A stretch of DNA of 64,000 bases from Octopus vulgaris (Eukaryota), in assembly GCA_951406725.2 (NCBI GenBank), contig OX597821.1, positions 88,536,001 to 88,600,000 on the forward strand, given 5' to 3'. Shown one piece after another: positions 58,368 through 64,000 of the stretch. Numbering within the stretch: the stretch's first letter is position 1; each line of letters opens with the position of its first letter. Both the position numbers and the translations under genes were made by a program. The notes under the pieces are model-generated. The model did not search any database. It was not told the origin of the DNA and saw nothing but the letters and a program-made list of their open reading frames with translations.

Positions 58368-59344
58368 TGACACATCTTGCTCTAGTACTCATATTAGTCC
58401 CATTAGACATAAAACTGAAGTTACATAACACTTACTGATGGGAAATAAGTATCTTTCTCTTTACAAAGCTTAAAGAGCAATAAGAATAATGTTAATGATT
58501 TATTTTATAGCAACGTAATAAATCTGAGTTAAAAAGAGTAGGGTTTTTACATTGGGTAGAAGAATAGAATATCTAGCGAGCTTAAAACATGATAGAAACA
58601 GAAAAACAGACAATGGAAATAGTTATATTAAAACCACTGATCGGAAATGTATTAGGCTGTCCCACAGTCTCAGAAAAAAAACGTAATTTGTCTCTACTTA
58701 ACTTTTGGGCCTCCGGATAGACCGAGCACGATGCGGAGTTAAGCCAGTTTCTAAGGTTCAATATGAACCCCGAGCAGCCTAGTAAGTTTTCTGCAGTTTT
58801 CGTTCCCATATATGGCATTGTTTAATTATCTTCATATCTTTCTTTTATAGTTTTATGCTGATAAATTTTAAATAAACATCTTAGCTCTTACTAAAAGATA
58901 ATTGTTTACTTTGGAATCATAGGAAAACATAACGTTCTGCATTCCATTTGAAAACACAAACAAAGTTAAATATAATATGTTCTCGAACAGCGATGGAACA
59001 CTACGAGTGTTCCAGATATCAGCGTGTTATACGATCGTAGTCTAAAATTAGCACGCAGTCAAAGAATGTAAACATCAAAGTGTGCGCACGGAATTAGTTT
59101 TATGTTGATCAACTGCAATATAGTCGTATTAAGAATAAGGTAGCACATCACATGTGACGTCTCTGGACACCTTTGTCGACATGTATTCATTTCCGAAACA
59201 TCAAAGGTTATATCTCTATGCATCAATGCGAAACTTGCAACAAAATACAAACAGATGGACGCGTATAAAAAACTGCATCTATACGTACATATATATATTT
59301 GTGTGTGTATATATATATATTCTCTTCTGTCATTCTGCTATTTG

Positions 59345-59486
59345 TATCAGTCATTTGACTGCGGCCATGCTGGAGCATCTCATCTAGACGAACAAATCGA
59401 TTCCAGGACTTATTCTTTGTAAGCCTAGTACATATTCTGTCGGTCTTTTAGGCCCAACAGCTAAGTTACGGGGACGTAAACACATC
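59345..59486 (-). mobile_element. SINE family A 3' fragment
   Basis: CAGTCATTTGACTGCGGCCATGCTGGAGCA..GTTACGGGGACGTAAACAC. Confidence 0.8.
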
Positions 59487-60469
59487 AAATGCCGATATAT
59501 AACCGATTGCCTCAGGCTCACTAACATACACTAACTGTAAGCTGGTGTTGCCCAATTTATTGTGAGGAACGATGTTCCCTGCAAAGCTGAAAAATAAAGT
59601 AGTATTTTTTGCATAGAAAAACACCCGTTATAAGGATATTAGCAAATCCCAAAAAGATTAAATGGCATAAAAGTTTCATAATATCCCCCACTTCATTTCC
59701 TTATATTTTTAAAATATATAAAATAAACGTCAGAAATGTTACCTTACATTAAATCGATATATACTCAAGTTTAAACCAGGATAATTAAATCGGTACTAAC
59801 ATACTTAATGTATTTAGTTCAAGGAATTTAATTAATTAGAATTGCATCCGTAATAAGGAGGGAAAACCATTAGCTTAATTACTTATTCTGGTCAAGAAAG
59901 ATAGAAGAGATAATTAAAATTAATTTAAACAATGTTAGCAAGCACTTAATCATATATTTTTATTATTTTCATAGGCGGAAGGCATCCTTTAAGCCAGTAT
60001 AGCCTGCCTAAAACTCAACTCAACCCCCATCTCACACAAAGACAGCAGGATGGTAATCTACAGAAATGTTTAAAGTCTTTAAGTGCTTAATGTTTCCAAA
60101 CTCTTGGTAGATGTCAATTTCTCTTTGTTTACAAAGTGGTTATTTCTGTTTCCGACAACAAATTCACCTTAATAATAGGCTTGATAAATGTTGCAAGGAC
60201 AATTAATTCAAAACACCCAAGTAATATGCTAAAAAGACACATCACTGTCAAATTGCTATTGACAGTCAATGTTCGCTCAGACATGAAAACAATGACAGCA
60301 ATATCAGCTACCACAACACTACCAATAACATCATCAAATAAATGACAATGTATAAATTAGAGGAATAACCATTTCTACTTAACGAAGAACAAAGATATAA
60401 AAACAATATTAATTAAAAATGATAAAAGAATTCTCGCCTCCTTTAATTGAATTAGATATTACCGCTGCT

Positions 60470-61990
60470 GCTATTTGGTTACAAGTCAGCCTTAAACGAG
60501 CAGAGGTTCTAATCTGATCATTTTGCCTTGTATGCGTTCAGAATATCAGAACAAAAGTATCAAATGTGTCATTTTTCTCTATGGTGGCAGAGAATGATAC
60601 TAGGACGATTTGGTTAGTATTTCTAGCACGTTCAGCAATAGCATAGATGCTCTCTGGTTAGCTGATATGTGTTGTTATTTGTGCTAATGTTGGTGTTTGG
60701 TTTTGCGTTAGCTTTGATCAACTAGACTTCAACAAACAGTCGTTCGCCAGCCATGAACAGGCTGTCATTTTCTTCAGATTATGCATCTGAAACCATATAA
60801 TGCTATGTGTTCTGATTTTTGAAGTTAGTAAAATGATTTGCGGATAAATTAAATTGCTATTTGCAAGTCGTTCAATGATCATGAAGCCGCTTGTTCCTTG
60901 GTTCAGGTTGTTTAGCAGAAACCAGCAATGATCTCTTAGGTCTGTAATTATAATCACCCCATCATTTCTCAGCTTCCAAATATAACCCCCTCCCACATTA
61001 TTTCTCAGGTGTAATACCATCTTCAAAAGCGCAGCAGGAATTTAAAGGATTTTGACTGCTGTTTCTAGAAGTAGTAAGAGCGACATTAATAATCACTTCC
61101 TTATTGGTTTGTAAACTTTACTGCTTTTGCTGCTGGTGATGCTGGTGGTGGTGCTAGTTATGAACACAACTTAAGTAGAAATTTGTTGTATTTGTTGCTG
61201 TTAGACTTCCAAATAATCTCTGATTAAGCTGACCTAAGATTAAAGAGAAGCAATCTATGAAAATTTTGTCTTTTTTTTTCAGTTATAGTTTGTCTAATCA
61301 GAGAGTGATTTGAAGGATTTGGGCTGCAATTTATATTGAATCAAATTCTCCAAGAGAGGCTCCTGGTTTAAGCTCCATGTGACTCAAGTTGTGGTCATCC
61401 TTGTCTGACTATACGAAGCCAGTGTTCAATTAGTCTAAATTTCCGACTAATTAATTTCAGTTAATTTTTCCAAGGATTAATATATTCACTATGTTCTTCA
61501 TTTTTGTAAGAAAGAAGAATGCTACTTCTTATTTACATCGAGCCACCATGTTGGGACTAGGAGTTGATGTCATTGTTATTGAAATTGTACTTCCACTCTG
61601 TTTGAGCAAATTTACGATCAATTGTATTCCGATGTTAATCATGTAGTCTTTTATTCCAAACAGTTTGTATCTATGATTATACTGTTTAACGTGGCATTTC
61701 CTTTTTAACACATTATTTTTAGTTCTAGGAACCTTAGGTTGCTATTTCTAGCCTGTCTGCGATCATGCAGAGAAACCTTCGTTGCTTCGTTGTTTGTACT
61801 GAAGTGGTAATATTGTTCTTGTTGCTGTACTTACAGACAGGTGAACCTTTATCAGACAGATATTTAAACGGAAATGTTCAAATCGTGAATATGTATTTCT
61901 TTCATTAGGCTTAGCGTAATTATCCAATGAGTTCTATTTCAGGTGATAAATTGTGCTAGAGGGGGATTGCTTGTTTCTAAGAGGTGAGTT
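60470..61990 (+). mobile_element. cluster of about 5 diverged, co-oriented repeat family E copies
   Basis: GATTTGG.TGCT.TTTCTAG-like motif at about 60607, 61048, 61316, 61736, 61964. Confidence 0.5.
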
Positions 61991-62227
61991 CGTACATAAG
62001 TTCAATATTTCCTTCCTATTTTAAACTGGAAATACAGGACTTACTTATCAGGAAATCGGTTTTTATTTACATCAAGACGATTACCGATATACTGGGTTCT
62101 GCAATGGCTCGTGTATTGCTGATGGAGTTAGTAATTAGGAAACTATGTTCCATTATCTCCTGGACTCCTGAGGATAACGACAAACGAGAACCGACAATGA
62201 AGTTCGTGACATTTCATATAACCTTGA

Positions 62228-62300
<73 letters not shown>
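62228..62300. repeat. (ATCT)n microsatellite
   Basis: Seen directly. Confidence 0.95.
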
Positions 62301-62301
<1 letters not shown>

Positions 62302-63154
62302 CACACACACATACACACACGTTTGCCTGTGTGTGTATGTGTCTGTCTGTCTCTGTGTATGTGTATATAAGCGTACATAATACAGTAAGGATTTGTATAT
62401 CCACTCAACCCCCCCATTTCTGGCACACTTTGAAGTGAATATGTTCATGCATTTGGATTTCGTCTTCATAGAGCAACTTCGCCCATAAATAGACGTACGC
62501 TAGGCTAGAGTGCCACTGCATATAAGAAACTCTGAGTAATACGAAGCTGTAATAACATGCTAAGAAACACTTTTAAACACCATAGTATATGTTGCAGAAC
62601 TCAAATTCGCAAAAATCCGAAAATTCCAAAAAATGGAAAACTTATGACAGGGTATATGGGTTGCTTAAAGCAGAGTTCTACCTTATTTTCTTTTATTTTG
62701 CACACATACTTCTACACAAACATACAAGTGCACGAATATATATATTATACATGTAAATGTGTATTTATGTATAAAACGCTACATTATGGAGTGATACTTG
62801 TTTCTCTAAGAAGTGATAGTGTGATTTGATCATTATTTATAGGAAAGCGAACGATCACGTTGAGCTACTTTCGTTGGCTCTATAGTTTAGATGTTAACAT
62901 AGTACAAATGGATTCTATACAAATCTATTCAACACATAAAATAGATGTTGTGTAACAGAAAAGTTTATATAAGTCTTTAAAATTGCTGCTTCTTGTTATT
63001 TTCCCTCTTATTCTTAAAACCTAAGTAGCAGGATCCAAAATAGTAGATAAGAAAATGAGATCAAATTATAGATGGATGCTGGCAGCTAATGGAACAAATT
63101 CACGTTATTTACATACATACATACATACATGTATGGATGAATAGATACATACAT

Positions 63155-63189
<35 letters not shown>

Positions 63190-63603
63190 TATAGGTATAT
63201 GTATTTATCAAAGAATTTAGCGTTTCCAAACGATCAATATCATATCTTTTATTTCTATCGTATAGAAAGTGTGTCGAAAGAATACTTAAGCTATGAGCAC
63301 AAGCAGTTTCATTTAATATCGTCTTTTAAGGTAATGTGTGTCTGCAAAAGCTGTTTGACCATCTTTTTGCTTTTCAGAATTTAGTCTCAATCAATTGTAT
63401 ATTATAACATATGATACACCACAACTCATAGAGAAACCATTACTGTATCATATTATTATATTATAAACGTACCATCTCTAATGGTTAAAGAGTGTCTTTC
63501 TCTTTATCCCGTTCTTTTTTATGTGTCTGTATGCAATTGTGCGCAAACACACATGCATATATGTATGTATATATATATATATATATACATGCATATATGT
63601 ATG

Positions 63604-63643
<40 letters not shown>

Positions 63644-64000
63644 TATATACACACATACATACATAGATACATACATACACACATATACATTTATATATAT
63701 ATATGCATATGTGCGTGTGTGTATCTTAGTGTGAGTGTCTATCTATGAAAGAGTGTGCAATTATGTGTATAGGTGTAGGTGTCAAAGAAGATTATTATTT
63801 CGAAGTGACTTTGAGCATAACCACTGATGGAAGCACGCAGTACTGAGATTGAGTTCAACATACTGTACCATGCAAATAAAGAGGCCACTTCAAATCCTAT
63901 CGATTTATCAAGCAGTGAAAGATACGCCCAGAAAAATTGTTTTATTTAAAATATAGCACCATTTATTTAGTTTGATAAGTATAAGCTGCGACGTTTTAGA

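Overview
AT-rich eukaryotic (animal) genomic DNA that looks intronic or intergenic. It is dominated by microsatellites ((TA)n, (CA)n, (CATA)n, (AAT)n, (CCA)n, (GATA)n) and retrotransposon relics. The repeat landscape and SINE families point to an octopus/coleoid cephalopod genome (inference from recalled repeat sequences, not a search). No host protein-coding gene can be supported, and nearly all long ORFs in the track are translated microsatellites. Real coding relics: two CR1/L2-group LINE 3' ends, five R4/Dong-clade (restriction-like endonuclease) fragments mostly at microsatellites, a Penelope-like element (RT + GIY-YIG) with an inverted terminal repeat, and probable RTE and Tc1/mariner scraps. 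At least three tRNA-derived SINE families (A, B, C) and two unclassified repeats (D, E) recur. Most interesting signals: (i) about eight hammerhead-ribozyme motifs of several distinct architectures, one downstream of a tRNA-like Pol III head in the Penelope terminal repeat; (ii) a covarying 3' stem-loop motif shared by SINE family A and both CR1-type LINEs; (iii) microsatellite-targeting R4/Dong elements and a 2.5-kb AAT expansion; (iv) unusually long SINE target-site duplications; (v) several inverted duplications and hairpins. All alignments were done by eye, so boundaries are approximate.
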